From positions 127,660,001 through 127,724,000 of the forward strand of contig CM059431.1 of the NCBI GenBank assembly GCA_030390025.1: 64,000 nt of DNA, in the 5' to 3' direction. The translations under genes were made by a program, and so were the position numbers. Under the pieces are notes generated by a model. It was not told the origin of the DNA. It worked only from the letters and a program-made list of their open reading frames with translations, and searched no databases. How positions within the stretch are numbered: position 1 is the stretch's first letter; every line of letters starts with the position of its first letter. Shown in pieces: positions 12,163 to 25,532 of the stretch. The stretch is from Squalus acanthias (taxonomy: Eukaryota).

Positions 12163-13587
12163 TTGGTCTTTTGCATTCCTCTTCGCTCCTCAAACTTATT
12201 TCTCAACTATAATAGTTTATTGATGATGCTGAGAGAGTCTTGCATTTGAAGACCCATTAGAAATTAAGTACTAGTGGTTATGCACATGGAATCTATTTAT
12301 TTATACCTTTTATGAGATATTAGTTTACATTAGTTAAAAAAAATGAAATGTACACTGTTAAATTATTGAGAGCTTAGATCCCTAAAACAAATGTCAAAGA
12401 AGACACTTTAGTGGTTAATAAATTAGTGAACCCAAAATGATGTTGCAATACACAGCCTTGTGGTATGCAAGTGAAATGGAGACAGTTGTTCACTGTCCCA
12501 CATTGTGGAAATATTGCTCAATGGGTTAATGCATCGTATGAGGTATTAGTGAGCCATACTGATGAAAAAATGCACATGATTCCTCGTCATTGCTGAGATG
12601 GTTGATTTCAACCAAGGCACCAGAGGGGCTTCAGTCTACCCAGGATTGGGAGGAGAAACAAAAAGTGATTTAGCTTTTCCTCTCAGCATTCAGTGACTGC
12701 TGCTAACAGCTGTGCTTGGATGGATGTTGAATGGAGTTTCGAGTGGCCAAATAGCCATTCAACAGTCACTGTCTACTACCCAGACCAAGAGGTCATTCTT
12801 CATCTGTAGACCTAGCACTGATGGAGCCATATTCCACCATGAATCAGTGTCTTCGGTAAAAATAAAGGAAGACAATTGGTGAAAAAAAGACAGAAAAATT
12901 TAGAAAATGAATGCTGCTGTAGACTGGGAAAATATCAGTTGTTCACCATTCTGATCTGAAAATATTCTTGCATGACTATATTCTGTGGCAGAAACTATGC
13001 CGGCTAACATTCTCATATTGACATCTTGTGGTAAATCTGCACATTGCAGATCCCAGTGTATGACCAAAACATTTGGTTCACCATAGAATGAGGCAGCTGT
13101 TGTTTCTTCCATTTTTGTACACACTATTACTTGACACTAAATTAAAAATATCTTTTGATTAATCACAATTACCTTTGTGCTATATATTATTTTATGATGT
13201 AATATTTATCTATCTCCTGAAATATTTTTTGCAGAAATGCCTAAGCTGGCAAAGGTCATGCAAGTATCAGAAACATATAATAACAGTTTCCTTTACATCT
13301 CTCATACATTAATTTTGGCCATGATTGACATTCACTTTAATCAAATTTGCTTTAACTGAAATACATTAAGAGTAATCATATGAGAGCATTACGTGAACCA
13401 TAAAGGCAAATAATTTCAAAAATTAAGCACACACATTTGAAATTTAAATGCAGTACACACAAAATCATGACATTAAAATAACAGTCATAAAAAGTAAATA
13501 ATTATGCAATATGTTATAGCCATTGTGATAGAATTAATTAAAATTAAAACTGTTTGAATATCTAGCACAAAACAATAAAAAGATAAT

Positions 13588-13728
13588 TGAGTAGATTTTA
13601 ACTTTCCCCACGGGGCAGAAAACGGGCAGTGGCAGATCAGCTGCCTGTTACACACCACGCCCAATTTTCCTTCGGCCAATCTGCTACCATCAGTTTGCCT
13701 CCCGGCCTAGAATGTTAAAATCCACTCC
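13588..13728. mobile_element. Short MITE with AAT TSD
   Basis: TIRs TGAGTAGATTTTAAC / GTTAAAATCCACTCC; AAT at 13585-13587 and 13729-13731. Confidence 0.65.
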
Positions 13729-13789
13729 AATATGTTACCCTCCACATACTCATGTAACTAAGACAAAAGTTGCTACTTTCTAGAACTTA

Positions 13790-14092
13790 CTTTTAGATGA
13801 GACGTTAAACCGAGGCCCTCTCAGGTACACTTAAAAGATCCCATGGCACTATTTGAAGAAGAGCTGGGGAGTTCTCCCCAATGTCCTGACTAACATTTAT
13901 TCTTCAGCCAACACCTAAAAATAGATTATCTATTCATTTTTCTCATTGCTGTTTGTGGGACATTGCTGTGCGCTCATTGGCTGCCACTTTTCCTTATGTT
14001 ACAACAGCAACTACACTTCAAAAGTAGTTAATTGAACTTTGGGATGTCCTGAGGTCATGTAAAGAGCTATATAAATGCAAGCTCTTTCTTTA
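13790..14092 (+). mobile_element. 5'-truncated Deu-domain SINE
   Basis: GATGAGACGTTAAACCGAGGCCC...AAAAGATCCCATGGCACTATTT...GCTATATAAATGCAAG, homologous to 52220-52540. Confidence 0.8.
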
Positions 14093-14460
14093 CTTTTGGT
14101 GATGTTATCATACAATACTTAATATATTTATATAGAATTCCTTGTCTACAATTTTACTGGAGATGTTAACCCATTTTATTTTAGATCGGTTAATGCCTCT
14201 GTTAATTTAGTGGAAAAAAAGAATTGGATACGAACTCATTAAGTGTTATACTATAACAATTTTGGCAATCATTTTCTGACAACAGAGCTATGCTGGTAAA
14301 AGGCACTTATCTTTTGAAGATTTAATACAGTTTAAGGATTTTAACATGTTAATAACACTTCAAAACTAAGTAAACTGGGGAGCTAGCTTTAGAATTCTCA
14401 ATCACAAGAAAAGAAGACTTGATGGTCTGATTGGTCTGTTTCAGTGCTGTATCACTTGAT

Positions 14461-16246
14461 GGTCGCGATTTTGCCGGCGCTCAGAGTGCGGGTTCAGAGG
14501 CAGGTCCGCTGTCAAAATCGAAATGATTGACAGTGGTTTGGGAGCCTGCTCCAAACCCGCTTCCATGTAAATTTCCAAAGTGACGGGTCTGCGATTTCAG
14601 AACAGACCCGACACCAAGTGGCAGGGGAGGCATTTAACTACTATTTTGCCAGCCTATTTCTATTTTACCACTTTTTTAACGAGGTTCGCGTCGTTCGGAG
14701 ATCATGTCAGGTAAGTAGGTCAGGTTCTCTATGTCTCCTCATTGCTGTGCATAGGTGACAGCTGCAAAAGTGGTATGAAAGCTACCATTTCACAGCTGTT
14801 CACTTTCCAATGTCAGCAGCTTGAGCCTTCAGGACTTGGAAAGCACTTTTGAGCTGTATGCAGTTTGGAAGTGTTTGGAGTAAACTCTCTATCCACTGTC
14901 ACCTCCTTGGAGCAAGCTCTCTCACCATTGGCAGATCACTTCTGTCATCTCAACTTCAGCTGCCATCTATTCCAGCAACATCGGTGCCCTTAAAAAAACC
15001 TCACCTTGGTCCTCCAAATCCCTCCATGATCAGCCCCAACACCAACATCACCAGACACACCAACATCACCAACAACATCACCAACCTTCTCCGCAATCAC
15101 CTGAAGCTGCACAGGACACAGGGTATCAGCACTCGACCACAATGCTGCCCGGGAGGCCAGCGATGGCATCACCATGGCCAGATTTACTTCACTTGACATT
15201 GTACACCCTGGCTGCCACATGATGCACCAGGTTGACACCATCCCACACCAGCACCATAAAGCATCCCTACAATGTCCAAGCCATTCCTTTCACACTCATC
15301 ACAATTGGGGGGGGGGGGAGCGGGGGGCGGGGGGGGGGAGGGTAACGTTATGTCTCACCATTCACTGCAACTCACTAAGACACTTCCAAAAGTGCACACA
15401 AATGTGTCCAAGAAGGTAAAGTGTTGAAAATAAAGATTTCAATGCTTGACAACACATTAGCAGAAACTTTACATGAACATTGGCTAAAACACCCAAGTGC
15501 CTACCCTTGTGTATTGTTAGTTGGAATGATTGGACAAGGATGAGGGTGAGTGTGAGGGGTGGCTAGTGAGATGGGGAAGTGATAATGCAGATAGAGAGGG
15601 ATTGGTGGAAGGTGCAAGGTAAGTTGGTGTGAGTAAGGATGTGCAGGAGAAGGGTAGGGAAGGCAGAGTGATGGGGATGTGATGAGTGGCGCAGCAGGAT
15701 GAGGCTGAGTGTGGCTTTGCAGTAACGTTTCGTGATCTACTGAGATCATTGAAAGGTTTGCGCCACTGCAGCCTGGTCCTTCTGATCACATCCCTGCTTG
15801 TGTCCTCCTGTGCAATATGCAACCAGGCTGCGTGGGTTTCCTGGGAGGTCTCTTCTGTCCATTGGAAGGGAAGAGAACCTCCCTGCGTGCTGTGACTCCC
15901 TCCATAAACATATGGAGGGAGTCATGGGAGAGCCTGGGTGCAGCCGTTCACCTTTGTGCAGTGATTGTCAGTGTTTGCAGCACCTCAATGCTGTAGAACA
16001 CTGACAGCACAAATGTCAGAATGAATGTGGCCGTGGTCCCTTCAAGGAAACCAGCTGATGATGCGTTATCAAATTACATCATCAGACCCGCTTCCTTTCA
16101 ATTGGCCGGGAACGTCACAGGGCGGGCTTAACAAGCCCTATTAACGTAAAATCATGTCAGAGGCCTGGATCCAGACAGCTTCGGGGTCGGGACCCGCCAT
16201 AGACGTCGCCCGCCACGGACCCACCGAGGTTGGTAAAATGCAGCCC
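14461..16246 (-). mobile_element. Non-autonomous Harbinger (~1.8 kb) retaining a Myb/SANT exon and both transposase ends
   Basis: Reverse-complement homologue of 26901-28693 along its length. Myb motif 'LQWRKPFNDLSRS'. Ends GTAAAATGCAGCCC. Confidence 0.82.
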
Positions 16247-17999
16247 TAGCGTACAGGATCGAGCAAACTAGGACGGAAGTGTGTTATGAATGTAATTATG
16301 CTCGAATTTCCTCGATCTTTTATGACTGTCTATTGAATGTTGTGTCGAGCCACATCTCAGTTCATAATAATGGCTCCACCCCAGGCTAAAGATCCATACA
16401 CGTGAATTTCCTGCAATTACACTGGTTCAAAACGGGTGTAAAATTACGCCCAGACTTTTAGGTGCAGATGGAAGCAAACTAATTTTTCTGGTGTTTTATT
16501 GCGATTTTTTAAAGCAACTTTTATAAAATTACCCTCATTGTGACCTGCTCTGTATTTTCTGTTTCTTTTAATATATTTTGATAGCATCAGTACAAATCAC
16601 ATTCAAAATTGAAAAGACTGCATGATTGCAAGTTCTAAAAAATGCTGTGCTTAACGTGCATGAACATTGGTTAGATGGCTTAAACCTCTATTTTTCATAC
16701 TTATAGAAGGAATATATGGTGTGAGTTTGGCGCTTTCCTCGAACTCAAATTGTTCACACTGATTGACATTTTTATGTTCTCAAACTAACGAATGTTATGT
16801 TCTGGCATATGCTAATGAGAGCGGCAGGAAATTTAACAATAAACGGATATCGCCAAAATGGCCGCACGAATGGGCATAATTTCGGGTGTAACTTCCCAAT
16901 CATGCCCCCATGGAAAATTGCACCCCCAAGTATGGAAACCATGACATATGTACCCAGATAGACTTTTTGTCTGCACATTCCTTGTCCAATCATTAGAAAG
17001 TTCTGTCAAGCAGAATGATAGGTAGTCCTTTTGTTTAAATTTAAATAATTCTGGAAGCTACGGGCTAAAAACACATGTAACTAGCAGGTCTGGCTTCAAT
17101 CCGTAGCGAGACCTGATACTTGGCTGGTACATTTTGTCATAATATAAATTCTTTGTTACTAAACCAAAAATGACATGATAAGTAATTTCTTAGTGGTAAG
17201 CTGTTACAATAATGATTATACCTGCAATATCCTTATAAGCATCAGTCAGAATTACCAGAAATAAATTTTCCGTGTTGGTGAAATAGTGTAGCGGGAAGAT
17301 TTCTTCTATGTGTAACAAATGTGTATCCGTGTTCTTTAGAAATTAATTGATGATCTTGCTATACGTAACAGAGGTAAATCTGCCCCATTGTTGATTTTAG
17401 TATGAATTACATTGGTGTAGAGAAATCACGTTTTACTCGTGATCCTTAGAGGTTTGCCGCACTAAGATGTTAATTGAGTACAGTAAAAAATGTAACTAAT
17501 TCTACTTTGAATATGCCAAGAAAGACAGACATTGCGGCCTCGATAATTACGGGGCTGCACGTTCAGAACTGGGCGGGGGAGGCGGGGAGGAGTTATGGAC
17601 GGGAAACTCAGAAGTACGGGTTTCCCGAACGTCCGATGTCTTTTACATTTTTTCTCCAGGTTTCCCGCCCAACAGCCAGCCTGATTGATAGGCTATAAAG
17701 GCATTTACCTTTAGATCCAGCCCTTCTCGCTTCCTTTTATCTTCTGGGTTTCAACAGGGGTTAAAAATAAAAACACTGTTAAAATAAAGGCCGCAGCCTC
17801 TGTAAAAGGTTTCAACAACCAACCCGCCGCCTGAGGGTGGATTGGTCGCCCGCACACACCGCCCCCACCCCGCCCCCCGCCTCTGTCAAAACCAGAAGTG
17901 GGGGGGGTTCGAGGTGGGTTGGGTTCACATTTCAGATTTTAACTTCTTAACCTCCCACCCGACCCAAACCCACCCGTTTTTAGGGGTTAAAATTGCCTC

Positions 18000-18303
18000 C
18001 TGCATTTCTAAAGTCATTTTCAAGTCTTCATGATATCCCAAGGCACTTCACATGTGATTACTTCTGAAGTGTAGGCACTGTTGTTATGGAAGGAGACATG
18101 GCAGGCAATTCCTACAGGGCAAGAGCCCAACAAATATCACTGAGATGTATGGCCAGTTAATCTATTTTTGCACCGTTGATTGAGGGAGAAATATAAATCA
18201 TTATATTGGGAGAATGCCTTGCTCTTCATAGGGTCATAGGGTCTTTTACATCAACTTAACCAGGTATACAGGGCCTCAATTTATCATCTTATCTGAAAGA
18301 CAG
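18000..18303 (-). mobile_element. Degenerate Deu-type SINE fragment
   Basis: Diverged reverse-complement similarity to 52220-52520 (e.g. GTTGATTGAGGGAGAAATAT, GGGTCTTTTACATC). Confidence 0.5.
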
Positions 18304-18414
18304 CTGGGGGTAATTTTAACACTCCCCCCAACCCCCACAATGGGCAGGAGAGGGTCAGTGGGGGGAGGCTAAACTAGCAAATATATGAGACCCGACCTGA
18401 ATCCACCTCGATTC

Positions 18415-18572
18415 CATAAGAACATAAGAAATGGAGCAGGAGTAGGCCAGTTGGTCCCTTGAGTCTGCTCTGCCATTCAATAAGATCATGGCTGATCTTC
18501 TACCTCATCTCCACTTTCCTGCACTATCCCCATATCCCTTGATTCCCTTAATATCCAAAAATCTATCGCTCT
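18415..18572 (-). mobile_element. CR1 3' tail inserted in a MITE-like element
   Basis: CATAAGAACATAAGAA...GGAGCAGGAGTAGGCC...GATCATGGCTGATC, matching the other CR1 tails. Confidence 0.8.
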
Positions 18573-18901
18573 CTGTTTAACCGTGCCGGGTTTGGGAACA
18601 TCCCAGTAACCCACTCTGGAGAGGTGGCCTTGTGATTCTAATATGTAAATGAGGTGTCGTTTCTCAGATTTTGGCAGCCATTTAAATTTAATGCTGGCCG
18701 ACCGGGTTTCAAAAGGCTCAGGAAACCCGGCAGCCAAAGTAAGGCGGGAGCTGAGCAATCCAGTAGGTAAGTGCTTTTTAGAGCACTGCTTGTGGGCCAG
18801 GAGGAGCAGGAGTGCTTCCGCAACCCCTCAAGCAAATCTTCTGCCACGATCTTCCCACCCTGCCAGCGATTGGCTGACCGCCGGCAATCTGCCGAACCTC
18901 C

Positions 18902-20452
18902 CCACCATGTCCCGATCTTTGCCTCCCACCCTCCTCACTACCATGCTCTGATCCCCATCCCCCCACCTCCCCAACCATGTCCCGATCTTTCCCTCCCACC
19001 CTCCTCACTACCATGCTCTGATCCCCATCCCCCCACCTCCCCACCATGTCCCGATCTTTCCCTCCCATCCTCCTCACTACCATGCTCTGATCCCCATCCC
19101 CCACTCCCCCAACCATGTCCCGATCTTTGCCTCCCACCCTCCTCACTACCATGCTCTGATCCCCATCCCCCCACCTCCCCACCATGTCCCGATCTTTGCC
19201 TCCCACCCTCCTCACTACCATGCTCTGATCCCCATCCCCCACTCCCCCAACCATGTCCCGATCTTTGCCTCCCACCCTCCTCACTACCATGCTTTGATCC
19301 CCATCCCCCCACCTCCCCACCATGTCCCGATCTTTCCCTCCCATCCTCCTCACTACCATGCTCTGATCCCCATCCCCCACTCCCCCAACCATGTCCCGAT
19401 CTTTGCCTCCCACCCTCCTCACTACCATGCTCTGATCCCCATCCCCCCACCTCCCCACCATGTCCTGATCTTTGCCTCCCACCCTCCTCACTACCATGCT
19501 CTGATCCCCATCCCCCACTCCCCCAACCATGTCCCGATCTTTGCCTCCCACCCTCCTCACTACCATGCTCTGATCCCCATCCCCCCACCTCCCCACCATG
19601 TCCCGATCTTTGCCTCCCACCCTCCTCACTACCATGCTCTGATCCCCATCCCCCACTCCCCCAACCATGTCCCGATCTTTCCCTCCCATCCTCCTCACTA
19701 CCATGCTCTGATCCCCATCCCCTCACCCCCCCCAACCATGTCCCGATCTTTCCCTCCCACCCTCCTCACTACCATGCTCTGATCCCCATCCCCCACTCCC
19801 CCAACCATGTCCCGATCTTTCCCTCCCATCCTCCTCACTACCATGCTCTGATCCCCATCCCCCACTCCCCCAACCATGTCCCGATCTTTGCCTCCCACCC
19901 TCCTCACTACCATGCTCTGATCCCCATCCCCCACTCCCCCAACCATGTCCCGATCTTTGCCTCCCACCCTCCTCACTACCATGCTCTGATCCCCATCCCC
20001 CACTCCCCCAACCATGTCCCGATCTTTCCCTCCCATCCTCCTCACTACAATGCTCTGATCCCCATCCCCCCACCTCCCCACCATGTCCCGATCTTTGCCT
20101 CCCACCCTCCTCACTACCATGCTCTGATCCCCATCCCCCCACCTCCCCACCATGTCCCGATCTTTCCCTCCCACCCTCCTCACTACCATGCTCTGATCCC
20201 CATCCCCCACTCCCCCAACCATGTCCCGATCTTTGCCTCCCACCCTCCTCACTACCATGCTCTGATCCCCATCCCCTCACCCCCCCCAACCATGTCCCGA
20301 TCTTTCCCTCCCATCCTCCTCACTACCATGCTCTGATCCCCATCCCCCACTCCCCCAACCATGTCCCGATCTTTCCCTCCCATCCTCCTCACTACCATGC
20401 TCTGATCCCCATCCCCTCACCCCCCCCAACCATGTCCCGATCTTTGCCTCCC
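18902..20452. repeat. Minisatellite, 69-bp unit, about 22 copies, C-rich plus strand
   Basis: Unit ATGTCCCGATCTTT(G/C)CCTCCCA(C/T)CCTCCTCACTACCATGCTCTGATCCCCATCCCCC...CC. 23-aa periodicity in the overlapping ORFs. Confidence 0.97.
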
Positions 20453-21249
20453 TCCCTCCTTGACATCGCGCTCCGAGACACCCCACATCACCACCACCAC
20501 CATGCCCCGATCTTCTCCGATTGCCGGGGACCGTCCCCAGTGGTCAGTGTAACATTAGCTCATTACTGCAACCAAATGTCAGTCCTGGACTACTGACGAC
20601 TGTGGTCACCCAGAACAGACCATGGAACATTAATGACTTAATGCCCGATTCACAAATACGAAGGAGGCATGACAGCGATACACTCCGCTATTCCTGACAC
20701 AATTATCTGGCTTAACCACCTAAATGTAAAATGTAGTTGTTGCTCTACATCTACATCAGCCATACAAAGTAGTAGTAGTAGAGGGCAAAGGCATAGTCAA
20801 ATCTGAGTTTATTACAATAACAGAAGCAAGTCAAAACAATGAGATGCAAATTAAGAGGTACCAGGTCTTGTGCAGCATCACTACTTACATTCTGCAGGTA
20901 GTAAGACACGCACGAGTAACAATCTACTGCCTAAAATGATTTACCTAATGGAAATCTATTTATGTTAAAGGAAGCATACTTAATCACAGATAGTGGAATG
21001 TCCTCATCACTGGCATGCGCAATGATTAAATGCTTCATGCTGGGTTTTATAAATGAGCCTCCATTCTCTTTTACAAAGCTTTCCAGGCTATCAATCTAGC
21101 AAATTAAATAAGTGCTGTGAAAATGATCTAAAGTGAATTCAACAGCTGAATTAAAAACAGAAAATGCTGGAATCAACAGTTGAAATGACTTGATTGAGGC
21201 CATTTGGGTTAACCCAGCAACACCTAACTATTGCCAAATTCAGACTACT

Positions 21250-23468
21250 CCAGGCCATACTAAATTTAGTGATGAGTAATGAGCCTGAATTAGTCAATAA
21301 CCTAACGGTAAGGGAACACCTAGCTAACAGTGACCATAACACAATTGAATTCAATATTAGTTTTGAGAGGGAGAAGGGAGAATCACGAGCCAAAGTTTTA
21401 AATTTAGGTGAGGTGGACTTCGGAGGGATGATGCAGAAATTGACCACAGTAGACTGGGCAGAACTATTAATGGATAAAACTGCAGAAAAACAGTGGGAAG
21501 ACTTCAAAGAAGTATTCCTACCCCTAAAGGGGTCTACTTGTGTAATTTAACAACCTTGGTCAACAAGAGAAGTGAGAGATAGTATAAGACTAAAAGAAAG
21601 GGCTGATATGAATGCAAAGAACAGTAGGGATCCCAGAGACTGGGCGAGATATAAAGAACAGCAAAGTAGTAAGAGCTGCAAAAAGGGACTACGAGAAAAA
21701 ACTTCTGAGGGATATCAAGGTTAACATTAAAGGATTTTACAAATATATTAAGAGAAAGAGGGTGGCTAAGAGTAACGTGGGCCCCTTAAAGACAGACACA
21801 GTCAATATTGTAATTGCAAATCAGGAAATGGAATCCTTGCTAAATACTTACCTTCTATCGATCTTCACAGTAGAGGATGAGGAAAAACTACCAGAGTTAC
21901 GAGGAAAAGCAAAAATAAATCAAGGGGAGGAACTTGCTAGATTTAATGTAAGTAAAAAAATTGCAATGGAGAAAATAATGAGACTAAAGATAGATAAATC
22001 TCCAGGACCAGATGGTTTCCACCCTAGTGCTTAAAAGAAATAAGTGAGGAAATTGTAGATGCTCTCGTCATGATCTTCCAAAAGTCTCTCGATTCGAGAA
22101 TGATCCCCTTAGATTAGAAAATTGGCAATATCACTTCACTATTTAAGAAGGGTAAGAGAGATGAACTAGGAAATTATAGGCTGTTGTGGGGAAGTTACTA
22201 GAATCTGTTATTAATACAGAGTGACTGAGCACTTGGACAAACATGAATTGATCTGAGAGCCAGCATGTATTTGTAAAGAGTAAGTCATGTCTAACGAAAC
22301 TAGTTGAAAGTTTTGAGGAAGTAACTAACGTGATAGATAAGGGAGTGTCTATGGATGTTATTTATATAGACTTCCAGAGGGCATTCAATAAGGTTCACAT
22401 AAGAGACTGCTAGCAAAAATGAGAGCATATGGAATTGGAGGCAAACTATTGACAAAGGTAGCGAATTGGTTAGGAGGCAGGTTACGGAGAGTAGGGATAA
22501 TGGATACGTACTCAAACTGGCAGGATGTGACCAGTGGTGCCTCCCAGAGATCTGTACTGGGGCCTTAGCTTTTCATTATATTTTTAAATGACATGGATGA
22601 ATGAATAGAGAGTCGTATATCCATATTTACTGATGACACCAAGTTAGGTGGCACAGTAAATAGTCTAGATGGAAGTAGAATGTTACAAAGGGACATTGAC
22701 AGATTAAGTGAGTGGACAAAACTGTGGCAGATGGAGTTCAATGTGGGGAAATGTGAGGTCATCCACTTTGGACCTAAGAAAGATAGATCAGAGTATTTTC
22801 TAAATGATGAGAAGCTAAGAACAGACAGGACCAGTGAGATTTAGGGGTCCAAGTACAGAAATCACTAATAGCTAGTGGACAGGTACAGAAAATAATTAAA
22901 ATGGCTAATGGACCCCATTTAGAGTATTGCATTTAGTTCTGAGCACTGCACCTCAGGAAGGATATATTGACCTTGGAGGGGATGCAACGCAGATTCACCA
23001 GAATGATACCGGGGCTAAAAGAATTAAATTATGAGGATAGATTGCATAGACTATGCTGGTATTCCCTTGAGTATAGAAGATTAAGGGGTGACTCAATTGA
23101 GGTGTTTAAGATGATTAAAGGATTTGATAGGGTAGATAGAGAGGTATTTCCTCTGGTGGAGGAGTCCAGAACAAAGGGATATAATCTCAAAATTAAAGCT
23201 AGGCCATTCAGGGGTGATGGCAGAAAACAGTTCTTCACACAAAGGGTAGTGGAAATCTAGAACTCTCTCCCAAAAAGCAGTTGAGGCTCGGTCAATTGAA
23301 AATTTCAAAACTGAGCTTGATCGATTTTTGTTAGACAAGGGTGTTAAGGGTTATGGAACCAAAGCAGGTAGATGGAGTTAAGATATGGATCAGCCATGGT
23401 CTAATTGAATGGTGGAACAGGCTCGAGGAGCTGAATAGCCCACTCCTGTTCCTACGTTCATATGTTCA
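21250..23468 (+). mobile_element. CR1 LINE, 5'-truncated, decayed ORF2 through 3' tail
   Basis: VREHLANSDHNTIEF, DKSPGPDGFHP, LEGMQRRFTRMIPGLK, FFTQRVVEI; tail GTTCCTACGTTCATATGTTC. Confidence 0.93.
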
Positions 23469-23514
23469 CATTCAGATCCAGTTCTATTGCTTAACTGTAA
23501 TTATTTCTGGCAGA

Positions 23515-24340
23515 TAGGAACATAGGAACATAGGAACAGGAGCAGGCCATTCAGCCCCTCGAGCCTGTTCTGCTATTCAATGAGATCATGGCTGATCTGC
23601 GTCCTAACTCCATGTATCTGCCTTTGGCCCATATCCCTTAATACCCTTGGTTAACAAAAAGCTATCAATCTCCAATTTAAAATTAACAATTGATCTAGCA
23701 TCAATTGCCGTTTGCGGTCGAGAGTTCCAAACTTCTACCACCCTGTGTGTGTAGAAGTGTTTCCTAATTTCACTCCTGAAAGGTCTGGCTCTAATTTTTA
23801 GACTATGCCCCCAGTCCTAGAATCCCCAACCAGCGGAAATAGTTTCTCTCTATCTATCCTATCTGTTCCCCTTAATATCCTGAAAACTTCGATCAGACCA
23901 CGCCTTAACCTTCTAAATTCTAGGCAATACAACCCTAATTTGTGTAATCTCTCCTCATAACTTAACCTTTGAAGTCCGGGTACCATTCTGGTAAACCTAC
24001 GCTGCACTCCCTCCAAGGCCAATATATCCTTCCTAAGGTGTGGTGCCCAGAACTGCTCACAGTACTCCAGGTGTGGTCTAACCAGGGTTTTGTACAGCTG
24101 CAGCATAACTTCTGCCCCCTTCTGTCCTCTAGCTATAAAGGCCAGCATTCCATTAGCCTTTTTGATTATTTTCTGTACCTGTTCATGACATTTTAATGAT
24201 CTATGTACCTGAACACCCAAGTCTCTTTGGACATCCACTGTTTTTAGCTTTTTACCATTTAGAAAGTACCCTGTTCTATCCTTTTTAGATCTAAAGTGGA
24301 TGACCTCACATTTGCTTACATTGAAATCCATTTGCCACAG
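23515..24340 (-). mobile_element. CR1 LINE 3' fragment
   Basis: ORF 23798-24364: WQMDFNVSKCEVIHF...[19 protein letters not shown]. Tail (ATAGGAAC)n. Confidence 0.93.
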
Positions 24341-25197
24341 ATATTCTTGTTTACCAGCTATCAATACGGAGAATTCAGCCAGCAGAAATACATGTGAGTT
24401 TTAGATTTGGTCACCTGGGATCTGGTAATGTGGGGCCTTACATTATTTTTGATGAGTTTGGGAACATAAACTCCCATGCAACCAAAAGCTTTGCAGTAGA
24501 TAGATATTTATTCTTTGAGTTGACTATTGATTTTCCCCAGTATCTTCAAAGACAAATAATTTCAAGAGAGAGAGAGATTTTAAGGAGCATATAGCAACAC
24601 AAAAACTCGCCTTTTAAACATGGATAACTGATTATATTTGGGTTGACTAAACTGGCAAGGCTTTTTTTAATCTTCCTTCCTTACTTGAACAAGGACAGTT
24701 ATTAACCCCTGAATTATTTTCCAAAGAAAAACAATTGTTGAACTTTGGAATCAGAATCTTACTATTTGTGGACAGACAGGTTGGTATAGGTAGAATTGTG
24801 TCAGCTATGAGACAAAAAATCTGTCTTCCACTCTCCATCATATTGTCTTGCACAATGAAACCACGTAGGAGTATGGGGATAGGTTTTCCTCTGGTGGAAA
24901 AGTAAAATATTCAATTAGGTGATAGCACTATTACCACTCCCCCCGCTCCCCCCACCCCCCACCGCCCCCGACCACCTGAACCACATAAAAACATATTCAA
25001 CAGTTCACCCAAAAAATGGAGTGAAATTCCTGTTTAAAATATTGAAACTGAAAGAAAACTCAAGTATAGATAAAGAGAATCCAAACTTTTAACAGGTCCT
25101 TGGGAATGGAGTAAAAAAAAGATACATGACAAGCTATTACTTGTAGATTAAAATTAATATCCACAACTAAAGAAGGACTACTAGAGGGGCCGAGGGG

Positions 25198-25532
25198 CCT
25201 CACCCCTCCCTATCTCTGTAACCTCCTCCAGCCCTACAACCCTTCAATTCTGGCCTCTTGCGCATCTCCGATTTCCATCACTCCATCATGGCGGCCGTGC
25301 TTTCTGTTGCCTCGGCCCTAAGTTCTGGAATTTCCTCTCAAAACTCATCGACTCTCTACCTCTCTCTCCTCCTTTAAGATGCTCCTTAAAACCTACATCT
25401 TTGGCCAAGCTTTTGGTCACCTGTCCTACTATCTACTTATGTGGCTCAATGCCAAATGTTGTTTGATAATGCTCCTGTGAAGCGCCTTAGGTCATTTTAC
25501 TAAGTTAAAGGCCCTATATAAAGGCAAGTTGT
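25198..25532 (+). mobile_element. L2 LINE 3' end
   Basis: Reads roughly PPYLCNLLQPY...GGRAF...WN...FKMLLKTYIF. Its 3' tail AAAGGCCCTATATAAAGGCAAG is shared with the Deu SINEs. Confidence 0.75.

Noticed and set aside
12900..13124. 74-aa minus-strand ORF as a host exon
   Set aside because: No recognisable domain or convincing splice sites.
16705..16719. Microexon (tatag/gtgagt) with nearby TGCATG motifs
   Set aside because: Lies within a MITE-like stretch ending GGAAAATTGCACCCCC at ~16927; no further support.
18771..20336. 521-aa Pro/Cys/His-rich ORF and overlapping Gly-rich antisense ORFs
   Set aside because: Open in several frames on both strands because the 69-bp unit is nearly stop-free; the frame switches mid-array.
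18902..20452. CRISPR-like array
   Set aside because: No unique spacers; contiguous tandem units in eukaryotic DNA.
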